This document shows positions 29,467 to 38,595 of a DNA stretch of 64,000 nucleotides, piece by piece. A program made the position numbers and the translations under genes. Below the pieces are notes generated by a model, which saw nothing but the letters and a program-made list of their open reading frames with translations, was not told the DNA's origin and ran no database searches. Each line of letters opens with the position of its first letter. Position 1 is the first letter of the stretch. This DNA comes from an uncultured Acidobacteriota bacterium (GTDB taxonomy: Bacteria; Acidobacteriota; Thermoanaerobaculia; Multivoradales; UBA5704), in assembly GCA_963770895.1 (NCBI GenBank), contig CAVYRF010000002.1:1056001-1120000 (forward strand), read 5' to 3'.

Positions 29467-30524
29467 ACAGACCGCGTCGAGATGGCCTTGGTTTGCGCCT
29501 GCTGGCGGCGGGCGCCCTGGTCGCCCTGACGGCGGGGTGCGGGTTGGCGCCGCCGGCGCCGCGGGCGCCCTGGGAAGGGCCGATGACGCCGCAGACCCAG
29601 GCGGTCGAAAAGGCGATCGACAAGGTGCTGCGCCACAGCGGGCGGGAAGAGGTGGCGGTGGCGTACCTGGACATCAAGTCCGGTAGCCAGGTGCTGAACC
29701 GTGAAACGCAGCCGTTCCACGCCGCGAGCGAGGTGAAGCTGCCGGTGTTGATGGCGATGTGGGCGGCGATCGACGGCGGCGAAATCGCGCTGGATGCGCC
29801 GCTGCGGGTGCACGACGACTTCCGCAGCATCGTCGACGGCTCGCGCTTCCACCTGGTCGCGGCGGACGACGCCGACGCCGAGCTGTACGCGGCGGTGGGC
29901 AGCACGCGCCCGGTCTCGGACCTCATGCGGCGGATGATCCTGCGCAACTCGGACCTGGCAACCAATCTGCTGGTCGAGCGGCTGACGGCCTCGGGCGTGA
30001 CCGCCGTCATGCGCCGCATGGGGGCCTACGAAACGCACATCCTGCGCGGCGTCGAGGATGAGAAGGCGTTCCAGAACAACTTCAACAACGAGGTGACGGC
30101 CGCCGACCTGATGCTGCTGATGCGGACCCTGGCCCAGGCGGCCGCCGGCACCGACACCGCGGCCGACGCGGCGGCGGACGTCGGCAGCAGCAGCAGCGCA
30201 CCGACCGCCGGGCCGGTGATCTCGCACCGCGCCGCCACCGCCATCCTGGAGCTGCTGGAGGCGCCGGGCGCCCCCGGCGGCAGGATCGCCGCCGGCGTGC
30301 CGGCGGGCACTCCGCTGGCCCACAAGGCGGCCGACATCACCGCCGCCGCGTACCACCACGACGTGGCGCTGGTCTTTCCGCCTGGCGAGTCGCCCTACGT
30401 GCTGGTGCTGCTGACCTACGGTTTCACCACCGAAGAGCGCGCCAGCCAGGTGATGACAGCGGTCTCGCAAGCCGTCTGGCAGGCCCGCCACGCGCCGCCG
30501 CCGGTGCCGAAAAAGCGGCGGTGA
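29463..30524 (+). CDS. Class A beta-lactamase-like serine hydrolase lipoprotein with degenerate motifs
   Basis: Lipobox LTAGC; FHAASEVK (SxxK); beta-lactamase2-type fold pattern, but the SxN and KTG positions are altered. Confidence 0.82.
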   Translation: MNRPRRDGLGLRLLAAGALVALTAGCGLAPPAPRAPWEGPMTPQTQAVEKAIDKVLRHSGREEVAVAYLDIKSGSQVLNRETQPFHAASEVKLPVLMAMWAAIDGGEIALDAPLRVHDDFRSIVDGSRFHLVAADDADAELYAAVGSTRPVSDLMRRMILRNSDLATNLLVERLTASGVTAVMRRMGAYETHILRGVEDEKAFQNNFNNEVTAADLMLLMRTLAQAAAGTDTAADAAADVGSSSSAPTAGPVISHRAATAILELLEAPGAPGGRIAAGVPAGTPLAHKAADITAAAYHHDVALVFPPGESPYVLVLLTYGFTTEERASQVMTAVSQAVWQARHAPPPVPKKRR

Positions 30525-30651
30525 GCCCGGCGCAGCCGGCCGGTCGCCTCAACCAATCGTCGCCCGCTGCGTATACAGCGTATAGAATCGGTCCTGCCGG
30601 CGTGCGGGCCGATGCCTGCGAGCCGATGCCGGGTTTGCGTATGTTCAAACC

Positions 30652-30676
30652 GAACCTCCAGCCAACCAACGTCGTT
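30652..30676 (+). promoter_or_regulatory. ECF-sigma-type promoter, probably autoregulatory
   Basis: GAAC-N17-CGTT upstream of the ECF sigma gene. Confidence 0.6.
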
Positions 30677-30704
30677 ATGATCAGCGAGGAGCACTAGCAC
30701 TACG

Positions 30705-31313
30705 ATGGCCGAGCCCATGGAAAGCGTCCTGCAACAGGAAGCCAGCGACGCAGAGCTGATGGCCCGAGTGCGGGCAGGGGACCGCGAGGCGTTTGCCGAC
30801 CTCGTGGACCGCCACAAGGATGCGGTGGTCAACTATCTCACCCGGATCTCAGGCAGCCGCGACCGCGCCGAAGACCTGGGTCAGGAGACGTTCCTGCGCC
30901 TGTTTCGCTCCGCCGGCGGGTACGTCGAGCAGGGATTCCTGCGCGCCTACCTGTTCCGCATCGCCACCAACCTGGTGCGCTCCGAGGAGCGCCGCGAACG
31001 ACGGCAGCGGCTGCTCATGCCGCTGCTCGGCGGCGGCGAATCCGACCGCAGCGAGCCGGTCGCTCACTCCGGCCTGCTGCGCAAGGAGCTGCAACGCGAG
31101 CTCAACGAGGCGGTGGCGCGCCTGCCGTTGCGCTGCCGCGTGCCGCTGGTGCTGCACGAGATCGAAGGTTGGTCCTACGCTGACATCGCCGCCGAGCTCA
31201 GCTGCCGCGAGGGCACCATCAAGTCGCGCATCCATCGCGGCCGCCAGTCCCTCAAGGTACAGCTCGAGTCGTATTGGAATGGAGGTCTTGCATCATGGAA
31301 GAGGATCGGCTGA
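30705..31313 (+). CDS. ECF RNA polymerase sigma factor
   Basis: Region 2 AEDLGQETFLR...YLFRIATN; region 4 SYADIAAEL...GTIKSRIHRGR. Confidence 0.95.
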   Translation: MAEPMESVLQQEASDAELMARVRAGDREAFADLVDRHKDAVVNYLTRISGSRDRAEDLGQETFLRLFRSAGGYVEQGFLRAYLFRIATNLVRSEERRERRQRLLMPLLGGGESDRSEPVAHSGLLRKELQRELNEAVARLPLRCRVPLVLHEIEGWSYADIAAELSCREGTIKSRIHRGRQSLKVQLESYWNGGLASWKRIG

Positions 31314-31948
31314 CCCATCTAATGCACGAGCTGCCACGCGAGCGGGCGCTGGCCGGTTTCACCGCGCGGGTGCTGCGGCGCCTGGACGAAGGCGGTGCCG
31401 GACCGCGGCTGGTCGCGGCGCGCGAGCAGCTGCGCCATCTGCCGCACCACGGCTATCGCTGGACGGCGGCGACGGTCACGCTGACGGCGTTCTGCCTGTC
31501 GGCGGTGCTGCTGCAACGCGAGCACACGCCGCCGGCGTTTTCGCCGGTGCAGACGCCCGCCATGGCACCCCTGGCGCACCTCGGCCCGCTGGCTCCAGGC
31601 ACCGCGCTGTCCTCGCTGCAGGCGGCGCGCTCGAGCAACGACGGCAGCCTGGCGGGCCGGCGCGCCCCGCGGCTCGATCTGCAGGCGATGGCGCTCGGTG
31701 CCGGCGCGACCGCCGGCGGCAGGTTCGATTCGGCGCGCACACACCGGGAGGTGCGCTCCATCCGTGAGCAGGGCCAGCTGGTGCGTGAGCTGCGCAGCAT
31801 GCGCCGCTCCGGCGCCGCGCCGCCGCCGATGGTCTACCTGGGCGGCGACGAAAACGGCGACCTGGTGCTCAACTCCGGCCACACCCGCGGCCTGATCCCG
31901 CCGGCGTCGATCGAGCACAACCCAGACGACAACAACTTCCTGGATTGA
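31295..31948 (+). CDS. Putative single-TM anti-sigma factor
   Basis: Overlaps the sigma gene; GGAGG RBS; N-terminal LPRERALAGFTARVLRRL followed by one hydrophobic segment. Confidence 0.7.
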   Translation: MEEDRLTHLMHELPRERALAGFTARVLRRLDEGGAGPRLVAAREQLRHLPHHGYRWTAATVTLTAFCLSAVLLQREHTPPAFSPVQTPAMAPLAHLGPLAPGTALSSLQAARSSNDGSLAGRRAPRLDLQAMALGAGATAGGRFDSARTHREVRSIREQGQLVRELRSMRRSGAAPPPMVYLGGDENGDLVLNSGHTRGLIPPASIEHNPDDNNFLD

Positions 31949-31979
31949 TCTAGCGACCGGCGCCTCGGCAACCTGGAAA

Positions 31980-32006
31980 GCCGCCTGCCCGCAGCGGACA
32001 GGCGGC
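31980..32006. terminator. Hairpin between convergent genes (possible bidirectional terminator)
   Basis: GCCGCCTG(c)CCGC / GCGG(a)CAGGCGGC stem. Confidence 0.55.
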
Positions 32007-32011
32007 GCGTT

Positions 32012-34156
32012 TCAGTAGGCCAGCAGCTCGCGAGCGGCTTCCAGCACCTTGTCGCGGCCGGGCAGCAGGACGTTTTCCAGCACACGCGCGTAGGGGACCG
32101 GGCGGTCGGGGTAGGTGACGCGGCGGATCGGCGCGTCCAGCCAGGGGAAGGCGGCGTCGGCCAGGCGGGCGGCGACTTCGGCGCCGAAGCCCAGGGTGAG
32201 CGGCGCTTCGTGCACGATGAGGGCGCGGTGGGTCTTGCGCACCGACTCGGTCACCGTGGCCTCGTCGTAGGGGACCAGGGTGCGCAGGTCGACGACTTCG
32301 GCTTCGATGCCGTCCTTGGCCAGCTCGGCCGCCGCCTCCAGGCAGGTCCAGGTGGTGGCGCCGTAGCCCACCAGCGTCAGGTGGCGGCCGCTGCGCACCA
32401 CCCGCGCTTCGCCGATGCGGCACTGGCCGTCGCCCTCGGGCAGCACCTCCTTGATCCGCCGGTAGAGGAACTTGTGCTCGAAGATCATCACCGGGTTGGG
32501 ATCGCGGATGGCCGCCTTCAGCAGGCCGCGGGCGTCGGCGGCGGTGGCGGGGCAGAGCACCTTGATGCCGGCGGTCGAAGCGAACCAGCCTTCGTCGTTC
32601 TGGGAGTGGAACGGGCCGGCGCCGACGCCGCCGCCGGAGGGCAGGCGCACGACGATGGGACAGGGGACCTGCCAGCGGTAGTACAGCTTGGCGGCGACGT
32701 TGACCAGCTGGTTGAAGCCGCAGGAGATGAAGTCGGCAAACTGCATTTCGACCACCGGCTTGAAGCCGAGCACCGCGGCGCCGATGGCGATCCCGATGGT
32801 GCCGCTTTCGGCGATCGGGGTGTCCAGCACGCGCGACGGCCACCGCGCGTGCAGGCCGCGGGTGGTGCGGAAGGCGCCCTCGAAGGCACCGATGTCCTGG
32901 CCCATCACCAGAACCGACGGATCGCGCTCCATCTCCTCGCGCAACGCCAGGTTGATCGCGTCGACATAGGTCGTCTCCTTGCCGGCAGCGCCAGCCGCTG
33001 AGCCGGCCGCCGGCGCCGCCGCCGGTTGCGAGCCTGCCTGCACCGGCACGGCGGCGGTCCCGGCCGGCGTGACGTCCGCGCCTGCCACGTCGCCCGCGAG
33101 CGGCGCGAACACCGGACGCAGGGCGGTCGCCGGCTGCGGCGGCGCGGCATCGATGGCGGCGGTGATGGAGCGTTCGACCAGCTCGGCGATGCGGGCGTCC
33201 AGGCGGGCGGCCAGGTCGCCGTCCAGCACGCCGTCCACTTGCAGGCGCCGGGCGTAGGCCGGCACCGGGTCGGCGGCGCGGTAGGTGGCCAGCTCTTCGG
33301 CGGGCACCACCTTCAGCGAATCGTCGCCCTCGGCGTGGCCGCGCATGCGGCCCAACATCGCTTCGAGCAGGGTGGGCCCCTTGCCGGCGCGGGCGCGATC
33401 GACGGCGCGCGCCAGGGCTTTGGCCATGACGTCGGGATCGTTGCCGTCCACCGTTTCAGCGGCGATGCCGTAGCCGGCGCCGCGGTCGGACAGGCGCTTT
33501 GCCGCGTACTGCTGATCGGCCGGGGTCGAAAAGGCGTAGCGGTTGTTTTCGACCACCAGGACCAGCGGCAGCTTCCACACCGCCGCCATGTTCAGGCCTT
33601 CGTGAAAATCGCCGGTCGAGGTGCCGCCTTCGCCGATGAAATTGATCGCCACCCGATCGCTGCCGCGCTGGCGGAAGGCGAACGCGCAGCCGGCCGCCAC
33701 CGGGATCATGCTGCCCAGGTGGCTGATCATGCCCAGGTGCAGGATGTCGCTGCCGGGCGCCAGGTAGCCGTAGTGAAACGAGCGCTCGACCCCTTGCGAA
33801 AAACCCTCGCCCTTGCCCAGCAGCTGGCAGGCGAGGCGCACCAGCAGCGCCTCGGGATCGGGCCGGCGGTCGCCGGCGCCGGCCGGACTGGTGAAGCCCA
33901 GGCCCGGAAAGGTGCGCGCCGGGTCGAGATAGACGGCCAGGATGGCGCCCAGGTCGCGGTGCAGGGTGCACAGCGCGTCGCCGGGACCGAGCGCGAGGCC
34001 GGCCGGGATGGTGGTCGCCTCGTTGCCGACCTCGCTGTACCACTTGGACACGCGGCCGGTCAGCAGCAGGGCTTCGAAGCGGGCGTCGAAATCCCGCGTG
34101 AGCTTCATGTAGGCGTAGCGGAGCAGGCGCTGGCGCCGGCTGGTCAGATTGGGCAT
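32012..34156 (-). CDS. Fused E1 alpha/beta 2-oxoacid dehydrogenase (branched-chain/pyruvate type)
   Basis: TPP motif GEGG...ENN, RMRGHAEGD; beta part DTPIAE, EMQFADF, GPFHSQ. Confidence 0.93.
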   Translation of the reverse strand: MPNLTSRRQRLLRYAYMKLTRDFDARFEALLLTGRVSKWYSEVGNEATTIPAGLALGPGDALCTLHRDLGAILAVYLDPARTFPGLGFTSPAGAGDRRPDPEALLVRLACQLLGKGEGFSQGVERSFHYGYLAPGSDILHLGMISHLGSMIPVAAGCAFAFRQRGSDRVAINFIGEGGTSTGDFHEGLNMAAVWKLPLVLVVENNRYAFSTPADQQYAAKRLSDRGAGYGIAAETVDGNDPDVMAKALARAVDRARAGKGPTLLEAMLGRMRGHAEGDDSLKVVPAEELATYRAADPVPAYARRLQVDGVLDGDLAARLDARIAELVERSITAAIDAAPPQPATALRPVFAPLAGDVAGADVTPAGTAAVPVQAGSQPAAAPAAGSAAGAAGKETTYVDAINLALREEMERDPSVLVMGQDIGAFEGAFRTTRGLHARWPSRVLDTPIAESGTIGIAIGAAVLGFKPVVEMQFADFISCGFNQLVNVAAKLYYRWQVPCPIVVRLPSGGGVGAGPFHSQNDEGWFASTAGIKVLCPATAADARGLLKAAIRDPNPVMIFEHKFLYRRIKEVLPEGDGQCRIGEARVVRSGRHLTLVGYGATTWTCLEAAAELAKDGIEAEVVDLRTLVPYDEATVTESVRKTHRALIVHEAPLTLGFGAEVAARLADAAFPWLDAPIRRVTYPDRPVPYARVLENVLLPGRDKVLEAARELLAY

Positions 34157-34190
34157 AGGGGTGGAAGTGTACGCAGCCGCGGCGGCCGGC

Positions 34191-36596
34191 TCAAGGGCGG
34201 CCGGCGCGCAGCTGGCGCTCGATGCGCTTGCGGTGGCGATTCTCCGGGTCGATGTTGAGCAGGACGCGGAAGGCCAGCTCGGCGTTCTTGATGTCGCCCT
34301 TGGCCAGGAAGGCGTCCACCTGCTGCACTCCCTGCTCCACCGCCTGCTGGTGGCGGTGGATCGCCTCCAGCCGCTCGATCTCGGCGTACATGGCCGCGGC
34401 GCGGGGGCTCGCCGGCAGCGCCTGCTCCATCTCGGCGGTGGCTTCGCGAGCGCCGAACCAGTCGCGCGCCTCGCGGCGCTCGCGGTAGCGCTTCTCGATC
34501 GGCGCGGTCAGGCGCTCCTGGCCGGCGGCGCGGCGCGCTTCGGCCAGGCGCTCGCGGAAGGAGTCCAGCGTGATGTTGCTCAAACCGAGCGCCGCCAGGT
34601 GGCCGATCTCCGCTTCCGCTTCGACCAGCTTGTGGGCCGCCAGCAGCTCGGTGAGGCGCTTTTTGTGCGCTTCGAATTCGGCGCCCTGCCGCACCATCTG
34701 TTCGGCAGCCTCCAGCTCGTTGGCCAGCTCTTCCGCCCGCTTGCCCGTCAGGTCGTTGCGCGCCACCGTCGCCAGCTCTCGCCGCGCCGCCGCGAAGTCG
34801 CGCCGGGTGATGGCCGCGCGGCCGGCTTGCAGCGCCACGTCGGCCCGCCGGTCCTGGTCCACCTCTTCGGCCAGGAGGTTGACCCAGCTTTCGTAGTCGG
34901 CGCGGTTGGGGTGGTGCGGCGCCAGCTCCAGCAGGGTTTCGAGCGCCAGGCGGGCAAGCGGCAGCTGCTTGCGCTCCAGGTAGCGCCGCAGCACCCGCTC
35001 CGCCTCTTCGACCCGCTGCCGGACGCCGGGATCGCCGCCCGGCTTGACGTCGGCGCCGGCGCCGGTGCCGCCGGGGGCAGCGGTGGCGGCGGCAGGCACG
35101 CTGCTGCCAGGCACGGCGACACCGGCGACCGGCGGCGCCCCTTCGATCGGCGCGCGCGGCGTCGGCAACGGGTCGCCGACCGGCGGCGACGACGGCGGCG
35201 GCGGTTCGCGCACCGGACCCGAAGGCGCTGGGGCCGGCGGCTCGCGCACGGGGGGCGGCGGAGCCGGCGGCGGCGCGGGTGCCGGCCGCTCCGGCGCCAG
35301 CGCTGCCGCCCGCTGCTGCTGCTGCTGGGGCACCGGCGCGCCGGCCGCCTGCGACGCCTGGGCAAGCCGCTCCTTGAGCGCCTCCAGACCCGGCGAGCGC
35401 GGATGGGTGCTTTCGATCTGCGCCACCCGCCGCTGGGCGTCGTCGAGTCGCCCGGCGGCGATCGCGCCTTCGACGCGCGCCAGGTCGATCGAGCTCTCGC
35501 TGACCCGCTTGGCGGCGCGCTCGATCTGCGCCAGCAGGTCCAGCTTTTCGGCGCGCGACAGCTCGCTGGCGGTGCGCGGGCGCGCGGCCGCGGCAGACAC
35601 GCCGGTGGCAGTCGCCGGAGTCGTCGCCGCCGTGGGTCGCGGCGAGCCGGCGGCCGGGGTCGCCGCGAGCACGGCGGCGCGCGCTTCAGGCGACATCACC
35701 ACCTCGCGCGTCTCGACCTTCTGCAGGCCTTGTTCGACCTTTTCGAGGGCAACGATGAACGACACGCTATCCGGCAGCCGCCTGTCGCGGTCGCGCTCCA
35801 GCGCCTGGCGCACCAACCGGTCCAGCTCCACCGGCACCTCGATCCTGGGGTTGCGGCCGACCATCGGCAGCGGCTGCTCGGACAGCCGCTTGAAGATGAA
35901 GCCGTGCGGCGAATCCGATTCGAACGGCGGCAGCCCGGTCACCATCTCGTAGAGCACCAGGGCAAAGGAATAGAGGTCGCTGCGCCCGTCCAGGACCTCG
36001 CCGGTCGCGGCGCCCGCCTGCTCGGGCGAGCAATACTGGAGCTTCCCCATGAAGGTGCCGGCCTGCGTGATCTCCAGGTTGCCATCGCTCTGCTCCAGGT
36101 TTTTTGCCAACCCCAGGTCGATGATCTTGAGCCACGCCTGCTGGCGGTTGTTCTCCATGATCATCAGGTTGTCGGGCGACAGGTCGCGGTGCACGATGCC
36201 CGCGGCGTGGATCGCCCCCAGGCCGCGCAGGGCCTGGATGGCCAGGCGGATCGCGGTCGACACCGGGAACGGTCCGCGCTGCCGCAGCCAGTCGCCCACG
36301 TCCTGACCCTGGATGTGCTCCCACACCATGTAGAAGCTGCCGTCCGGCAGCCGGGAGAAGTCGTACAGGATCGCGACGTTGGGATGCTTGATCTGCGTCG
36401 CCAGGCGGGCTTCGCGCACGAAGCGCTTTTGCGCCACCGGGTCGGCGGCAAGGTCCTGGCGCAGGATCTTGACCACCCGCAGCTCCTGCAGATGGACGTG
36501 GCGCACCAGGTACACCTCGCCCATCCCGCCGCTGCCCAGGCGCCGGACGACCTCGTACTTGTCGTCGAGGATGGTGCCTGGCTCGCGCGCGGTCAC
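34191..36596 (-). CDS. Cytoplasmic Hanks-type Ser/Thr kinase with a Pro-rich linker and C-terminal TPR-like region
   Basis: GSGGMG, VVK, HRDLSPDN, DLG, SPE, DLYS; no TM segment seen; GTG start. Confidence 0.92.
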   Translation of the reverse strand: MTAREPGTILDDKYEVVRRLGSGGMGEVYLVRHVHLQELRVVKILRQDLAADPVAQKRFVREARLATQIKHPNVAILYDFSRLPDGSFYMVWEHIQGQDVGDWLRQRGPFPVSTAIRLAIQALRGLGAIHAAGIVHRDLSPDNLMIMENNRQQAWLKIIDLGLAKNLEQSDGNLEITQAGTFMGKLQYCSPEQAGAATGEVLDGRSDLYSFALVLYEMVTGLPPFESDSPHGFIFKRLSEQPLPMVGRNPRIEVPVELDRLVRQALERDRDRRLPDSVSFIVALEKVEQGLQKVETREVVMSPEARAAVLAATPAAGSPRPTAATTPATATGVSAAAARPRTASELSRAEKLDLLAQIERAAKRVSESSIDLARVEGAIAAGRLDDAQRRVAQIESTHPRSPGLEALKERLAQASQAAGAPVPQQQQQRAAALAPERPAPAPPPAPPPPVREPPAPAPSGPVREPPPPSSPPVGDPLPTPRAPIEGAPPVAGVAVPGSSVPAAATAAPGGTGAGADVKPGGDPGVRQRVEEAERVLRRYLERKQLPLARLALETLLELAPHHPNRADYESWVNLLAEEVDQDRRADVALQAGRAAITRRDFAAARRELATVARNDLTGKRAEELANELEAAEQMVRQGAEFEAHKKRLTELLAAHKLVEAEAEIGHLAALGLSNITLDSFRERLAEARRAAGQERLTAPIEKRYRERREARDWFGAREATAEMEQALPASPRAAAMYAEIERLEAIHRHQQAVEQGVQQVDAFLAKGDIKNAELAFRVLLNIDPENRHRKRIERQLRAGRP

Positions 36597-36627
36597 GGCG
36601 GCTGCTTCCCGGTGGCGGCGCCGGATC

Positions 36628-37674
36628 TCACGCCGCGGCGATCCGCGTGCCGCACCCCGGACAGAACACCGCTCCCGGCGGCAGCTTCTGGCCGCAGTTG
36701 AAACAGAAGGCTGGACCGGCACCGGCGGCGGCGCCTCCCGCGGCGGCAGCTCCCGGCGCCGCGGCGGCCGGCGGCGGCGCGCTGGCGGCCGGTGCCGCGG
36801 GCGCCGGTGCGGCCGGCGGCGGGCTGCCGCCCTGCATGGCGTCCCGCATCATGCCCGGCAACATCGCACCGACGCCGGCACCCAGGCCGAGGCCGACGCC
36901 GGCACCCATCAGGCCGCCGCCACCGCCCTGCTGCTGCGCCGAATCGCCGATCGCGCGCGCCGTCTTGAACTTGAGGTAGGCGTTGAGGTCGCCGAGCGCG
37001 CCCATGCCGCTGCGCTCGTCGATCATCTTCTGCACCTCTTCGGGGGGCGTGATGGCACCCATGAAAAGGTCCACCAGCTCGATGCCGTACTTGCTGAAGT
37101 CGTCCGCGACCCGCGCCTTGAGACCCGTCGACAGCTCGTCGTACAGACGGGGCAGATCGAAGATGGAGGTCATGTTTTCGCCCAGCACGTCGGTCAGCCG
37201 CGCCACGATCACGTCGCGGAAGTAGCTTTCCACCCCGTCGGTCGAGTAGGTGCCGCGGGTGCCGACGATGGTGTTGACGAACACCTGGGAGTTGGAGACC
37301 CGCACGGCGAACTTGCCGAAGGCGCGCAACCGCACCATGGCCAGCTCCTTGTCGCGGAAGATGACCGGCTCCTTGGTGCCCCACTTGAGGTCCAGGAAGG
37401 TCTTGGTCGACACGAAGATCACCGCCGCCTGGAACGGCGAGGTGCCGCCGAAGGGGATGCTCAGCAGGCGCGTCAGCACCGGCACGTTCTGCGTCGCCAG
37501 CGTGTGCCGGCCAGGGCCGAAGGTGTCCAGGGCCTTGCCGTCGCGCAGGAACACCGCCTGCTGGCTCTCTTCCACGATGAGCTGACTGCCCAGCCGGATA
37601 TCCGCCGTGCCGTTCTCCGGCCAGCGGGCCACCATCGTCTGCCCCTGCGGATCCTGGTATTGGATCACGTCCAT
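36628..37674 (-). CDS. SPFH/Band-7 domain protein with a C-terminal zinc ribbon (YdjI-like)
   Basis: GSQLIVEESQQAVFLRDGKALDTFGPGRHTL, KWGT, RAFG; CFNCG...CPGCG. Confidence 0.92.
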   Translation of the reverse strand: MDVIQYQDPQGQTMVARWPENGTADIRLGSQLIVEESQQAVFLRDGKALDTFGPGRHTLATQNVPVLTRLLSIPFGGTSPFQAAVIFVSTKTFLDLKWGTKEPVIFRDKELAMVRLRAFGKFAVRVSNSQVFVNTIVGTRGTYSTDGVESYFRDVIVARLTDVLGENMTSIFDLPRLYDELSTGLKARVADDFSKYGIELVDLFMGAITPPEEVQKMIDERSGMGALGDLNAYLKFKTARAIGDSAQQQGGGGGLMGAGVGLGLGAGVGAMLPGMMRDAMQGGSPPPAAPAPAAPAASAPPPAAAAPGAAAAGGAAAGAGPAFCFNCGQKLPPGAVFCPGCGTRIAAA

Positions 37675-37755
37675 CGTTCTGATCTCCTGTGGCGCCCCGG
37701 CCTGGGCCGGAAGGCGCGCGAAGTTGGCTCTGCGGGCTGGCGGCCGGCGGCCCGG

Positions 37756-38334
37756 CTAGCTGCCCGTGGCGTTGGCCGGCGGCGGCGGTGGCACCGGCGC
37801 CGGCGCTGCCGGCGCCGGCTGCAGCACCTGGCTGATGACCTGGCGGCGCTGCCGCCACTTGTCGTCCAGCGCGTGCACCAGGTCGCGCACCTTGTCGAGC
37901 GCCGGACCCGCGTCGCCCGCACCCGGCGCCGGCACGGCGGCGATCGCCTGCTCGATGGCGCCGACGTCGCTGACGATCGACAGGTCGAAGGCGTACAGGC
38001 GCTCCAGCTCGGCGTCGCCGATCTTGACCGGGTCAAAGAGGCCCGAAGCGCCGTAATCGCTGAAGCGGATCGCCGACTGCAGCCCGTCCAGCTGGCGGTC
38101 GAGGCGGCCGAACGGACCCAGCGCCGCGATCTGTCCGGCATCGGTGTAGTCGCGCGCGCGGCCGGCGAGCGCCGTTTTCAGCCGCCCCATGTCACCTGCC
38201 AGGTGCTCGCGCTGGGCCTTGTCGACGTCGCGCCGCAGCTCCCGGTCCTGAAAGCCCCGATAGCCGGGGATCATCGCCCCCAGGCGTTCGAGGAGATTGC
38301 GCTGTCCTTTGGCTTGTTCGTAGCCGTCGGTCAT
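37756..38334 (-). CDS. Conserved hypothetical helical protein, first gene of the SPFH operon
   Basis: GGAGG RBS; IPGYRGFQDRELRRDVDK and YGASGLFD...LYAFD motifs; coding-like codon usage. Confidence 0.75.
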   Translation of the reverse strand: MTDGYEQAKGQRNLLERLGAMIPGYRGFQDRELRRDVDKAQREHLAGDMGRLKTALAGRARDYTDAGQIAALGPFGRLDRQLDGLQSAIRFSDYGASGLFDPVKIGDAELERLYAFDLSIVSDVGAIEQAIAAVPAPGAGDAGPALDKVRDLVHALDDKWRQRRQVISQVLQPAPAAPAPVPPPPPANATGS

Positions 38335-38367
38335 TCGAGCCTCCGATCGTGCTCTACCTCGATACCC

Positions 38368-38376
38368 ATGGTACCA
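38368..38376 (-). promoter_or_regulatory. Extended -10 element (TGgTACCAT) for the SPFH-kinase operon
   Basis: Located 33 bp upstream of the 38334 start codon. Confidence 0.45.
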
Positions 38377-38595
38377 GAGCCGCCGCCGCGCCCCCGCACC
38401 CGGCACCGCCGGACACCCCCGGCGCGCCGGCCGCCGCGACGGCGTCCGAAGCCAGGTACGTACCGGCGCTCGGGGCGGTTTTTCCGTTACCGGCGATGCC
38501 GCTTCCCGCTGCCAGGCGTATTCGCTATCATCCGTGCAGTCTTAGCGCCGTTGAAACATACTGTCCAAAGCTTCAGGGAAGTCACAGGAGGTGTA

